From a bacterium (GTDB taxonomy: Bacteria > CLD3 > SB21): a stretch of 64,000 nt of DNA. Where the stretch lies: assembly GCA_013360215.1 (NCBI GenBank), contig JABWCP010000012.1, forward strand, positions 1 through 64,000, given 5' to 3'. Of the stretch, positions 20,864 through 29,559 are shown one piece after another. The position numbers were made by a program, and so were the translations under genes. The notes beneath the pieces were generated by a model. It saw nothing but the letters and a program-made list of their open reading frames with translations, did no database searches and was not told the DNA's origin. Numbering within the stretch: position 1 is the first letter of the stretch; the number at the start of each line of letters is the position of its first letter.

Positions 20864-21883
20864 CTATTTGAAAAGCGCATCCATCGAGTAACCTTTGGCA
20901 TCAATGCTTTTTTTGTATTTTTCGTACATTGAACGCAAAATTTCTGTTGATACGACATGGGTGATGCCGTAACGGTATTCTGTTTTAAGGCGAGCGTACA
21001 GTTCACCCTTATATAAACTTGGCGCAGGAATTTCCTGTGTAAAACCGGGATCCGGCATCAGATAATATTCCTGCGTAGCGGATATGGATTTCGCCACGCC
21101 CACAAGTTCAAAATTGGGCACCCCGTCTTTGATGGCGAGCACGATCCCTCCACTGAGTCCTTCATTCATCGGCGCATCGGTCAGAAAGGAACCGTTACGA
21201 TCGCGATTGGGACTGCTCACTGTGCCTTTGGTTACCATTTTAAAACCCATCGGATAACCGATCACGTACACAAATGAACCCCATCGTAATTTTTTGGATT
21301 TCCCGATCGGATATCCGAAAACATGCACGGGTTCCTGTGGCATATGATCAAATGAACGGCCGATGATCGCGATATCATTTTTGCTATCTATGGCTAAAAC
21401 TTCCAACTCTCCGCCTTCCGGCAAATCGCGTATAAAATTGCTTTGACGTTGAAGAAAAGACACCGACTGGACATGCCCGCTCGGATAATAAGAATACACC
21501 GTATCCGAAAATTCGACAACATGCGCACACGTAAGTAAAGCCACACGTTTGGTATCATAATAAATCACCGTCGCCGTACCGGACACAGAGGCTTGCGTAT
21601 TAAGATAACGGTACGCGTATTTTTCTGCTGCACCGGCGCGCACCGCCGTCGGAGTTACGGCAAATTTTTCATCAAAATAGTACGAATTATAAAACGCCGT
21701 GGAGAACATGATTTTTACCGAAGCGCTGATCTCTTCCAATTGATCCGAACTGCTTCGGTATGGGAATTCGCTGTCGTATTCATTATCAAATAAGGTCGGA
21801 TAAGCCGCTTGGCGAATACGTGACGAACACGAAAGCAAGAGGCCAAATGCGATAATGACCATCATACGCAATAATGTTTTCAT
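20864..21883 (-). CDS. Trypsin-like (S1) serine protease, lipoprotein
   Basis: Lipobox LLS-C; LLTCAHVV, NDIAII, IGYP, NEGLSGG triad motifs. Confidence 0.8.
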   Translation of the reverse strand: MKTLLRMMVIIAFGLLLSCSSRIRQAAYPTLFDNEYDSEFPYRSSSDQLEEISASVKIMFSTAFYNSYYFDEKFAVTPTAVRAGAAEKYAYRYLNTQASVSGTATVIYYDTKRVALLTCAHVVEFSDTVYSYYPSGHVQSVSFLQRQSNFIRDLPEGGELEVLAIDSKNDIAIIGRSFDHMPQEPVHVFGYPIGKSKKLRWGSFVYVIGYPMGFKMVTKGTVSSPNRDRNGSFLTDAPMNEGLSGGIVLAIKDGVPNFELVGVAKSISATQEYYLMPDPGFTQEIPAPSLYKGELYARLKTEYRYGITHVVSTEILRSMYEKYKKSIDAKGYSMDALFK

Positions 21884-21996
21884 AAAATTTCCCCGATTTA
21901 GTTTAACGATGAACCTTTTCGCATCTCTACCGGCTTTACACGAGATAAGTTAATCCGACAGATTGGTTTTCGCATCGGTAGTTAAGGCTCACAATG

Positions 21997-22065
21997 CAAA
22001 ATACATTTAAAGTGTAGTCAAATCCACGATCAATAAATACGATATTTTGAGAAGAATGTATTTTG
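21997..22065. repeat. 11-bp perfect inverted repeat CAAAATACATT / AATGTATTTTG with a 47-bp spacer
   Basis: Arms at 21997-22007 and 22055-22065, between the recombinase 3' end and the protease start. Confidence 0.55.
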
Positions 22066-22120
22066 TATGATCTCACATATCGTTACATCGGGGTAATTAA
22101 TATTATTCCATGCAATGCGC

Positions 22121-23053
22121 CTAATAAGATTCTTGAAAGCAGTTTATTTTTCTGCGCCAGGGGCGATAACGCCTGTCCGCATACGCGGATCGTGATAAAC
22201 GTTTAGGAAGTGCAGTAAACGCTTGCATGTGGTCCAACGGGTGATCAATCTGGTTGAATTCACGTGCTTGCAATTGGATATATTGCAGCGTGGGATTGAT
22301 ACTGCGATGACCGAGTACACGCTGGATCGTCATCAGATCCGTACCGTTTTCATAAAGATGTGTCGCCAAGCTATGACGCAGGGCATGCATATTGAGTTGT
22401 TTACTGAGCCGGCTTCTTTTTTGTAATGTACGGAAAAGCCCTTGCACATAACGATCGGCAAGCGGTTCATCCCCTATTTGCCCTGGAAAAAGCCACCGTT
22501 GCTTCGGTTGCGTACGCAGATAATTTTCTATATGAATTAAAAGCGTCGCATTCATAGGTACATAACGCGCTCTGCCGCCTTTGGCATAGCGCACCAAAAT
22601 AAGCATGCGCTCCCGATCAATGTCGCGCTGCCGAACATGCAAAAGCTCATTCAATCGCATACCCGTCGCATAAATCATCATAAAAATAAGCCGATATTTT
22701 GCGTTAGGTTCATGCGTCAAAAGCCGCTCGACTTCACTAATGGACAGAACAACCGGAAGGCGTTTCTCACGCGTCGGTCGCGGCATCGGAAAATGATTGA
22801 TAACCACGCCCAAGGTTTGTTCGTATAGAAACTTTATCGCGCTATAGACGATATTAACGCCGGACCAACTGTAGTTTTTTGTTTCACGCAAAAACATAAG
22901 ATATCGCCCAATCTCGTCGTCGCGGATAGTTTCTGGCGCTTTTTGAAAATGCATCAAAAAACAACGCACTCTGTAGGTGTACACGTCAACCGTTCTATCA
23001 CTCATGTTTCTCAATTTCATTTCCATGACCATACGTTGAATAATATTTTCCAT
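22121..23053 (-). CDS. Tyrosine recombinase with N-terminal SAM-like domain (type often found beside IS91-family transposases); no transposase here
   Basis: LRNMSDRTVDVY, LPVVLS, YATGMRLNE, KGGRAR, HALRHSLATH, LGH..I..T..Y; lacks the integron-specific insertion. Confidence 0.88.
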   Translation of the reverse strand: MENIIQRMVMEMKLRNMSDRTVDVYTYRVRCFLMHFQKAPETIRDDEIGRYLMFLRETKNYSWSGVNIVYSAIKFLYEQTLGVVINHFPMPRPTREKRLPVVLSISEVERLLTHEPNAKYRLIFMMIYATGMRLNELLHVRQRDIDRERMLILVRYAKGGRARYVPMNATLLIHIENYLRTQPKQRWLFPGQIGDEPLADRYVQGLFRTLQKRSRLSKQLNMHALRHSLATHLYENGTDLMTIQRVLGHRSINPTLQYIQLQAREFNQIDHPLDHMQAFTALPKRLSRSAYADRRYRPWRRKINCFQESY

Positions 23054-23156
23054 AACTGTGGTGGGTTAGATGATGAAGTATATTGAATGAAACTATCATA
23101 ATTTAGATGCGTATTCACGATCAATCCTCTATCATCTCTCTAAAAAGGAAACGCTT

Positions 23157-23627
23157 ATGCGCGGCTTCACACGATTGTTTTTCGTACACCTAAATTTAGG
23201 TATTTTTGGTTTGGCTCTTATTACACCGTGCCTAGGGCAAAGCCGGTCTCAAACTGATTCCGTGGCGGCCGTTAGAAAATTACATTTAAGTGCACTCAAC
23301 AAAACCCTTGAAGGCCGTGAATCATTACCGGCGGATTCGGTTTTTAAAAACCTGCAGACCATCGGGGGATTTGAAGCCGGGTTAATGCCGGTCATTATGG
23401 AAAAATGGAGTATCGCTTTGGGGGTCGGTTGCGACTATTGCCACGATACAAATAACTGGGCTTCGGATGCTATTCACGAAAAAAAGACGGCGCGTCAGAT
23501 GGCCGGACCACTCAATGAAGCGATACGTAATGTACTTAGCAAAATTGACGGACTAAGTGAACGACCTGTGGTCAATTGCGCAACATGCCATCGCGGCGAA
23601 GTCAAACCGGCTACGCGGGTAAAATAA
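23157..23627 (+). CDS. Exported dihaem c-type cytochrome, short homolog of reaction-centre cytochrome c (PufC) family
   Basis: Signal peptide; VFKNLQ, ALGVGCDYCH, KKTARQM, VNCATCHRG. Confidence 0.82.
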   Translation: MRGFTRLFFVHLNLGIFGLALITPCLGQSRSQTDSVAAVRKLHLSALNKTLEGRESLPADSVFKNLQTIGGFEAGLMPVIMEKWSIALGVGCDYCHDTNNWASDAIHEKKTARQMAGPLNEAIRNVLSKIDGLSERPVVNCATCHRGEVKPATRVK

Positions 23628-23855
23628 ATCAATTCAAGCCATTTATAGCCGAAATACCTTTCACGAAAGGCTTTTGTCATACTATAAAATAATCACATTG
23701 TGTGATGCATAGGCCGATTTCTTCAAAAATAGTCCCCTCTTGAATACTCTTTTTTTTTAGCGTACAATATGACCGAAGTCATTCTTTTTCCCGTCTCATG
23801 ACTCTTAATTAAGTGTGAATTTGCATACACCCCCGGCTATTAAGGAGATTATTCC

Positions 23856-24980
23856 GTGGTCATAGGAATTCCCAAAGAAACTGCAGCAGGCGAAAACCGC
23901 GTTGCCGTGACGCCCGATACTGCTGCCAAACTCATCAAAATGGGGTTTGAAGTCCGCGTCGAAAAAAGCGCCGGCCAAAATGCTCATTATACGGATGAAC
24001 AATACACCAAACATGGCGCGGCCATTGCCGCTACGGCGACAGACCTGCTCGGTCAGTCGGATATCATTCTCAAAGTTCAAAAACCCAGCGATGCGGAAAT
24101 CAAACAAATCAAAAAAGGCGCATTGCTGATTTCGTTTGTGTATGGGCTAAATTATCCGCAAGTGCCCAAAGCGTGTGCTGAAGCGGGCGTCAATCTGATG
24201 TCCATGGACTTCATTCCGCGCACTACACTGGCTCAAAAAATGGATGCCCTGAGTTCACAATATAACATCGCCGGCTATAAAGCCGTTCTGATGTGTGCTG
24301 CGGCTTTCGGTAAAATGTTCCCTCTGATGATGACGGCCGCCGGTACGATTTCACCGGCCAAAGTTGTGATCATGGGCGCCGGCGTTGCCGGATTGCAGGC
24401 TATAGGAACGGCTCGCCGTCTCGGTGCTGTCGTCGAAGTGTCCGACGTGCGCGCTGCGGTCAAAGAAGAAGTGCAGAGTCTCGGCGGTAAATTCATCGAA
24501 GTGCCCGGTGCTGAAAATATGCAGGATGCCGGCGGATATGCCAAAGAAGCCTCGGCAGAATTTCTGCAAAAACAAAAAGAATTACTTTTCAAACACATCA
24601 CCGAAGCCGATATCGTCATTACCACCGCGCTGGTACCCGGTAAAAAAGCACCTGTGCTCGTCACCGAAGAAATGATCAAACACATGCGCCACGGTTCCAT
24701 CGTTTTGGATATGGCGGTCGAATTTGGCGGAAATTGCGAAGTCAGCGAAGTCGGTAAAACCGTAACCAAACACGGTGTAACAATTATCGGCGAATCCAAT
24801 ATTCCCGCTACCGTACCTACGCATGCCAGCGAATTGTATTCCAAAAACCTGCTCGCATTGCTTCAGTACATCGCCAAAGACGGCAACCTCCAGCTCAAAC
24901 TGGAAGATGAAATCGTCAAGTCGGCGTTACTGGTACACAATGGCGCGGTAGTCAACGAACGCATTAAACAAGTTTTATAA
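23856..24980 (+). CDS. pntAA: NAD(P) transhydrogenase subunit alpha part 1
   Basis: IGIPKE..ENRVA, MDALSSQ.NIAGY, GAGVAGL, GGYAKE. Confidence 0.95.
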   Translation: MVIGIPKETAAGENRVAVTPDTAAKLIKMGFEVRVEKSAGQNAHYTDEQYTKHGAAIAATATDLLGQSDIILKVQKPSDAEIKQIKKGALLISFVYGLNYPQVPKACAEAGVNLMSMDFIPRTTLAQKMDALSSQYNIAGYKAVLMCAAAFGKMFPLMMTAAGTISPAKVVIMGAGVAGLQAIGTARRLGAVVEVSDVRAAVKEEVQSLGGKFIEVPGAENMQDAGGYAKEASAEFLQKQKELLFKHITEADIVITTALVPGKKAPVLVTEEMIKHMRHGSIVLDMAVEFGGNCEVSEVGKTVTKHGVTIIGESNIPATVPTHASELYSKNLLALLQYIAKDGNLQLKLEDEIVKSALLVHNGAVVNERIKQVL

Positions 24981-25001
24981 CCGATCCCGGAGGATATATA
25001 T

Positions 25002-25280
25002 ATGGGTGATATCGTTATGCTCATCACGGTTTTTGTGCTCGCCTGTTTCGTGGGCGTGGAATTGATTTCCAAAGTACCCCCGACGCTGCACACACCGCTG
25101 ATGTCCGGTTCCAATGCTATTTCGGGCATTACCATCGTAGGCTCGCTGATCAGTGCCGGTATCGGTGAAATGACTATCAGCACTATTTTGGGCGTGATTG
25201 CTGTGGCTTTTGCCATGATCAATGTGGTCGGCGGTTATCTTGTCACTGACCGTATGCTCAAAATGTTTAAAAGAAAATAA
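25002..25280 (+). CDS. pntAB: NAD(P) transhydrogenase subunit alpha part 2
   Basis: VPPTLHTPLMSGSNAISG, INVVGGYLVTDRMLKMF. Confidence 0.95.
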   Translation: MGDIVMLITVFVLACFVGVELISKVPPTLHTPLMSGSNAISGITIVGSLISAGIGEMTISTILGVIAVAFAMINVVGGYLVTDRMLKMFKRK

Positions 25281-25310
25281 TTTTCTCAGCGATAAACCAA
25301 CAGGTTCACT

Positions 25311-26753
25311 ATGGAACATCTCCGCGAAAGTATTGAAAATATCATGTACCTCATCGGTGCCGTACTTTTTATTTTCGGCATCAAAATGCTCGGTTCACCG
25401 AAGACGGCACGTAAAGGTAATTTTTATTCAGCGGTCGGTATGCTGATCGCTATCGTTGTTACGTTATTTGACAAACACATTCTCACATACGAATGGATTA
25501 TCGTAGGCGTTTTGGCCGGATCTTTAGTCGGCGCTGTATTAGCCGTTAAAGTGGAAATGACTTCCATGCCGCAGATGGTCGGTTTGCTCAACGGATTCGG
25601 CGGCGGTGCATCGACCCTGGTGGCCTTGGCGGAATATTACCGCGGTATGGCGACCTATCAAACTGCGCTTCAGTCCAATCCGTCATTGACGCTTCTTGAG
25701 CATATGCCGTATCAAACCACTGTTTCAATAGTGCTCGGTATTCTTGTCGGCGCGGTTACATTCAACGGTTCACTCGTCGCGTACGCCAAACTTCAGGGTT
25801 TGATTTCCGGTAATAGTATCCGTTATCCTATGCAGCATCCGCTCAACGCGCTGATGATCGTTGTTACGTTGGTCATTGGTGCCTTAGGCGTTATGGACTT
25901 GAACAACCAATGGTACTTTTTAACGGTCACTATACTCGGGCTTATTCTCGGTATCACGCTTGTGATTCCCATCGGCGGTGCCGACATGCCGGTAGTTATC
26001 TCGTTGCTCAATTCCTACTCCGGTATTGCCGCGGCGATTACGGGATTTGTGATCAACAATAATATGTTGATCATCACCGGCGCATTGGTTGGCGCTTCGG
26101 GTATCATCCTTACGGACATTATGTGCAAAGGCATGAATCGTTCGCTGATGAATGTGCTCCTCGGCGGCTGGGGTACGGCGCCGGCTGTCGAAGCCTCGAA
26201 AGATAAAAAACAAGTAGTCGTCAAATCGGTGGATGTCGAGGAAGCCGCTATGCTGTTTGATGCCGCGCGTCTTGTGATCGTCGTTCCGGGTTACGGTATG
26301 GCCGTCGCACAAGCACAGCATGCTGTTCGTGAACTGATGAATGTACTCGAGAAAAAAGGATGCGCCGTTAAGTTCGCTATTCACCCGGTCGCCGGTCGTA
26401 TGCCCGGTCACATGAATGTGCTCTTGGCAGAATCCAATGTGCCCTACGAACACATGTACGCTCTTGAAGAAATCAATGATGACTTCCGCAATGCCGATAT
26501 CGCACTCATCATCGGTGCCAATGACGTCGTCAATCCGGCCGCACGCCATGACCAGTCCAGCCCGATTTATGGTATGCCTATTCTTAATGCGGATTACGCT
26601 AAAACCGTAATTATCAACAAACGCTCCATGGCGGCCGGTTATGCCGGTATTGATAACGAACTCTTCGGATTCCCCAATGCGTTGATGTACTTTGGTGACG
26701 CGAAAGATGCCGTTTCCAAACTCACCAACGAACTGAAGAGCATGAATAATTAG
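25311..26753 (+). CDS. pntB: NAD(P) transhydrogenase subunit beta
   Basis: MTSMPQMV, IGGADMPVVISLLNSYSG, HPVAGRMPGHMNVLLAE. Confidence 0.97.
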   Translation: MEHLRESIENIMYLIGAVLFIFGIKMLGSPKTARKGNFYSAVGMLIAIVVTLFDKHILTYEWIIVGVLAGSLVGAVLAVKVEMTSMPQMVGLLNGFGGGASTLVALAEYYRGMATYQTALQSNPSLTLLEHMPYQTTVSIVLGILVGAVTFNGSLVAYAKLQGLISGNSIRYPMQHPLNALMIVVTLVIGALGVMDLNNQWYFLTVTILGLILGITLVIPIGGADMPVVISLLNSYSGIAAAITGFVINNNMLIITGALVGASGIILTDIMCKGMNRSLMNVLLGGWGTAPAVEASKDKKQVVVKSVDVEEAAMLFDAARLVIVVPGYGMAVAQAQHAVRELMNVLEKKGCAVKFAIHPVAGRMPGHMNVLLAESNVPYEHMYALEEINDDFRNADIALIIGANDVVNPAARHDQSSPIYGMPILNADYAKTVIINKRSMAAGYAGIDNELFGFPNALMYFGDAKDAVSKLTNELKSMNN

Positions 26754-26783
26754 AACCCCCCTTCGTTTGATAGACGGTTACAC

Positions 26784-26826
26784 ACAATCGCCATGATCAC
26801 AAATGTTCATGGCGATTGTCCTTTTT
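26784..26826 (+). terminator. Terminator of the pnt operon
   Basis: 13-bp stem ACAATCGCCATGA/TCATGGCGATTGT followed by CCTTTTT. Confidence 0.7.
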
Positions 26827-26843
26827 ATCCTTTATCTTTTTTT

Positions 26844-28496
26844 ATGAAGCGTTTTACTATCGTACGTTATCAACGCATCGTGTATTGTACAGGTCTGTAT
26901 TTGGCCATTTTCATTTGGTTAGGATCAGCACCATCCGTCATCGCGCAGCGTTCATTTAAAATGCCAAATGAAACCGGTGCAATTGCACAAGAGCGCCCTT
27001 CCGGTAATTCGATCGGTGTTATTACCACAACCGGCGATACAGTTTTTATCGCTGCAGGAAGCAATCTCAATATCACCACAAATGCGGGTGCGGCATGGAA
27101 CATCATCGGACGCTCTGACGGATTATACAAGGGTTCGCCTGTCGCCATCACGCATCATAAATCCGTTTTGTATGTAACGACGGCTTACGATTCGTCCCTC
27201 GCCATTGAACCAACCTACGGTGTCAGTGGCGGTATTTCCATTTCCAAAGATTTCGGCAACACGTGGTCGCATATTGCGCAACCCACTGACACCGGCACCA
27301 TTCGGGGCCCCGTCGTACGCACGGATGCACGTACATCGCAGCCGATCGTTCTTAATTTGGTACGTGATGTGATGCGACGGCAAACGGGTTTCCTTACCGA
27401 TTCGATCTACGTCGTTACGATCAAGTCGGCGATAGATAATATCACGTTTGATATCGCTGTCAACGACAGTTCGATTTGGCTGGCCGCATTTGCCGGCGGA
27501 CTCCGTCGCGCACGTATCGCCTTGGACGGCACGATCGGATATTTCACGCCAATGCCATTGCCGCCCGACTCGCTGCTTGAAATTAAAGCCGACCGCGATT
27601 ATGATTTTTCGATCGACCCTTTAGAGCATTACAATCATCGCGTTTTTTCGGTGATCAGCGCACGCGATGGCATATGGTGCGGTTCGGCCGGCGGTATCAA
27701 TTTTTCGTCCGATTTCGGTCAAACATGGAAACGCTATACGTCCGATCAACACCATATCAGCGGTAATTTTGTCACCGCCTTAGCTGAACAATTTTATACC
27801 GAATCCGGTTCGCTGCATCGGGTTATTTGGGCAGGGACCAACCGCGCCCTGAGTTCGGCCGAAGAATCCGGCGTTTCTTTTACTACCGATTCGGGTGCGA
27901 CATGGCAAACTTCGCTTCGCGGTTATTTTGTCAATAACATTACTTTTGACGGAAAAACAGTGTACGTTGCTACGTCGGACGGTCTTTTTCGCTCGTCGAA
28001 CCTCGGCCAAAGTTGGGAACGTTTTATTACCATTATAGATCAAACAAGCGGCGATCGTATTTTTACGAGCGAATTTACAACCATCGGTGTCACTCCTAAA
28101 TCCGGAACGCATACTATCTTTGCAGGAACCTATGATGGTTTGGGCATTTCTACTGATGATGGCGTGACGTGGACCATACCGCGTGCGTATGCCAAGCCCG
28201 GGCAAAAAGGAAATCCATCTTCATACGCATATCCTAACCCTTTCTCTCCGAAGTATGGCATCACACGATTCCAATTTGACAAAGACGACCTTTCATCCGA
28301 CGATCGTGTCACGTTATCCATCTATGATTTTTCTATGACACCGGTCGTCACACTTGTCAAAAACGCACCGATTGATCAAACCATTTTCTGGAATGGCAGG
28401 AACCAAAAAGATCAACGCGTTGCCAATGGTACGTATATTTATATTATCGAAGCGGGGAAAAAGAAGTTTCACGGCAAAGTAACGGTGAGAAAATGA
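26844..28496 (+). CDS. Secreted Asp-box/BNR beta-propeller protein with C-terminal FlgD-Ig / T9SS-like sorting domain
   Basis: Repeated S.D.G.TW Asp-boxes; C-terminal YAYPNPFSP...IYD...WNGRN...VANGTYIY; track ATG 26793 lies inside the terminator stem. Confidence 0.75.
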   Translation: MKRFTIVRYQRIVYCTGLYLAIFIWLGSAPSVIAQRSFKMPNETGAIAQERPSGNSIGVITTTGDTVFIAAGSNLNITTNAGAAWNIIGRSDGLYKGSPVAITHHKSVLYVTTAYDSSLAIEPTYGVSGGISISKDFGNTWSHIAQPTDTGTIRGPVVRTDARTSQPIVLNLVRDVMRRQTGFLTDSIYVVTIKSAIDNITFDIAVNDSSIWLAAFAGGLRRARIALDGTIGYFTPMPLPPDSLLEIKADRDYDFSIDPLEHYNHRVFSVISARDGIWCGSAGGINFSSDFGQTWKRYTSDQHHISGNFVTALAEQFYTESGSLHRVIWAGTNRALSSAEESGVSFTTDSGATWQTSLRGYFVNNITFDGKTVYVATSDGLFRSSNLGQSWERFITIIDQTSGDRIFTSEFTTIGVTPKSGTHTIFAGTYDGLGISTDDGVTWTIPRAYAKPGQKGNPSSYAYPNPFSPKYGITRFQFDKDDLSSDDRVTLSIYDFSMTPVVTLVKNAPIDQTIFWNGRNQKDQRVANGTYIYIIEAGKKKFHGKVTVRK

Positions 28497-29467
28497 TCAT
28501 ACTGCGGCGCTATTTATATATTCCCACAAGTTATTTGATTTGGATGCAATGGATGGTTTTCAGCATTACAACCGCCGCGGCTTTGTATGCCGGAGATAAT
28601 GGTGGACGCGCAGGGTCCTTCCTTCGCCTGGGATTAGGTCCGCGTGCACGCGCTATGGGTGATGCGTACACGGCATTAGCTGATAATGTGTACGCCCCAT
28701 ACTACAATCCCGCAGGACTGCCTCTGATTGTTCAGCCGGAGGTTGCTGTTTCAACTGGTATTTTGAGTTTTGATCGCCAATTCACTTCTGCAGGATTTGC
28801 CAAGTTTCTTCCGCCCAAAGCAGGATTTGGGATTAACGTACTGCGCAGCGGTTTCGGCGAAAGCGATGTACGCGATGCCGATGGCAACGCTACCGGCGAA
28901 CACATCGAGGATACACAGTACACCGTGATGTTCGGGTTCGCATTACGTTTCAGTGAAAAATTTTCAGCCGGTATCGCACCGCAATGGATTCACTCCCGGA
29001 TTTACGATGTGACCGCTTCGTCCGTCGGATTAAATGTCGGAGCTTTGTATCAATATTCTCCGGTTTGGTCGTTCGGTATTTCACTCAAAAATCTTTTACA
29101 AAAACTTCAATACTCCCGCAATGCAACCGGGCTCGGCGATGAAACCACGGTGGACAAGCTTCCGGCAACATTACGACTCGGCGTCGCACATCATCATTCG
29201 CTCAACGAAAATTTCTCGTTGGTCGCATCCTATGATCTGGAAAAAACATCCGGTTACACATTGGCGCATCACTTTGGAGCTGAGATCGGCTGGCAAAACA
29301 AATTTTTCTTACGCACAGGCTTGGATCAATACGATTGGACGGCGGGATTGGGAATCCCGTTTGATACGTTTGGGGAAAAACTCATCGTGGATTACACTGT
29401 TATATTGGACGGGCGCAACGGCATTAGTACCGTATCGCACGACATGGGGCTCTACGTCAGATTTTGA
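28493..29467 (+). CDS. PorV/PorQ (UPF0164)-like outer-membrane beta-barrel
   Basis: FLRLGLGPRARAMGDAYTA...YYNPAGL signature; LPATLRLG; C-terminal F. Confidence 0.8.
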   Translation: MIILRRYLYIPTSYLIWMQWMVFSITTAAALYAGDNGGRAGSFLRLGLGPRARAMGDAYTALADNVYAPYYNPAGLPLIVQPEVAVSTGILSFDRQFTSAGFAKFLPPKAGFGINVLRSGFGESDVRDADGNATGEHIEDTQYTVMFGFALRFSEKFSAGIAPQWIHSRIYDVTASSVGLNVGALYQYSPVWSFGISLKNLLQKLQYSRNATGLGDETTVDKLPATLRLGVAHHHSLNENFSLVASYDLEKTSGYTLAHHFGAEIGWQNKFFLRTGLDQYDWTAGLGIPFDTFGEKLIVDYTVILDGRNGISTVSHDMGLYVRF

Positions 29468-29559
29468 ATCTCTGCGTTTGTCCGGCAACGATTTCGATTC
29501 TGAAAATTAAAATCAACACACAAACGGTGAGAAGCCGACGTAACGTACGAACTGATTTT

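Noticed and set aside
23054-23700. Integron with attI (GTTAGAT at 23065) and the cytochrome as a cassette
   Set aside because: The recombinase lacks the IntI-specific insertion and no RYYYAAC...GTTRRRY attC follows the cytochrome gene.
23692-23830. Rex/CRP operator for pnt (ATCACATTGTGTGAT; TGTGAATTTGCATACA)
   Set aside because: The first has the wrong orientation and spacing; the second matches only one half-site well. Plausible but unsupported.
23856-25280. Split pntA as a frameshift or pseudogene
   Set aside because: The PntAA/PntAB split is a normal arrangement, and pntAB has its own GGAGG RBS.
26793-26843. ORF-track start at 26793 for the propeller protein
   Set aside because: That ATG lies in the pnt terminator stem; ATG 26844 gives a plausible signal peptide.
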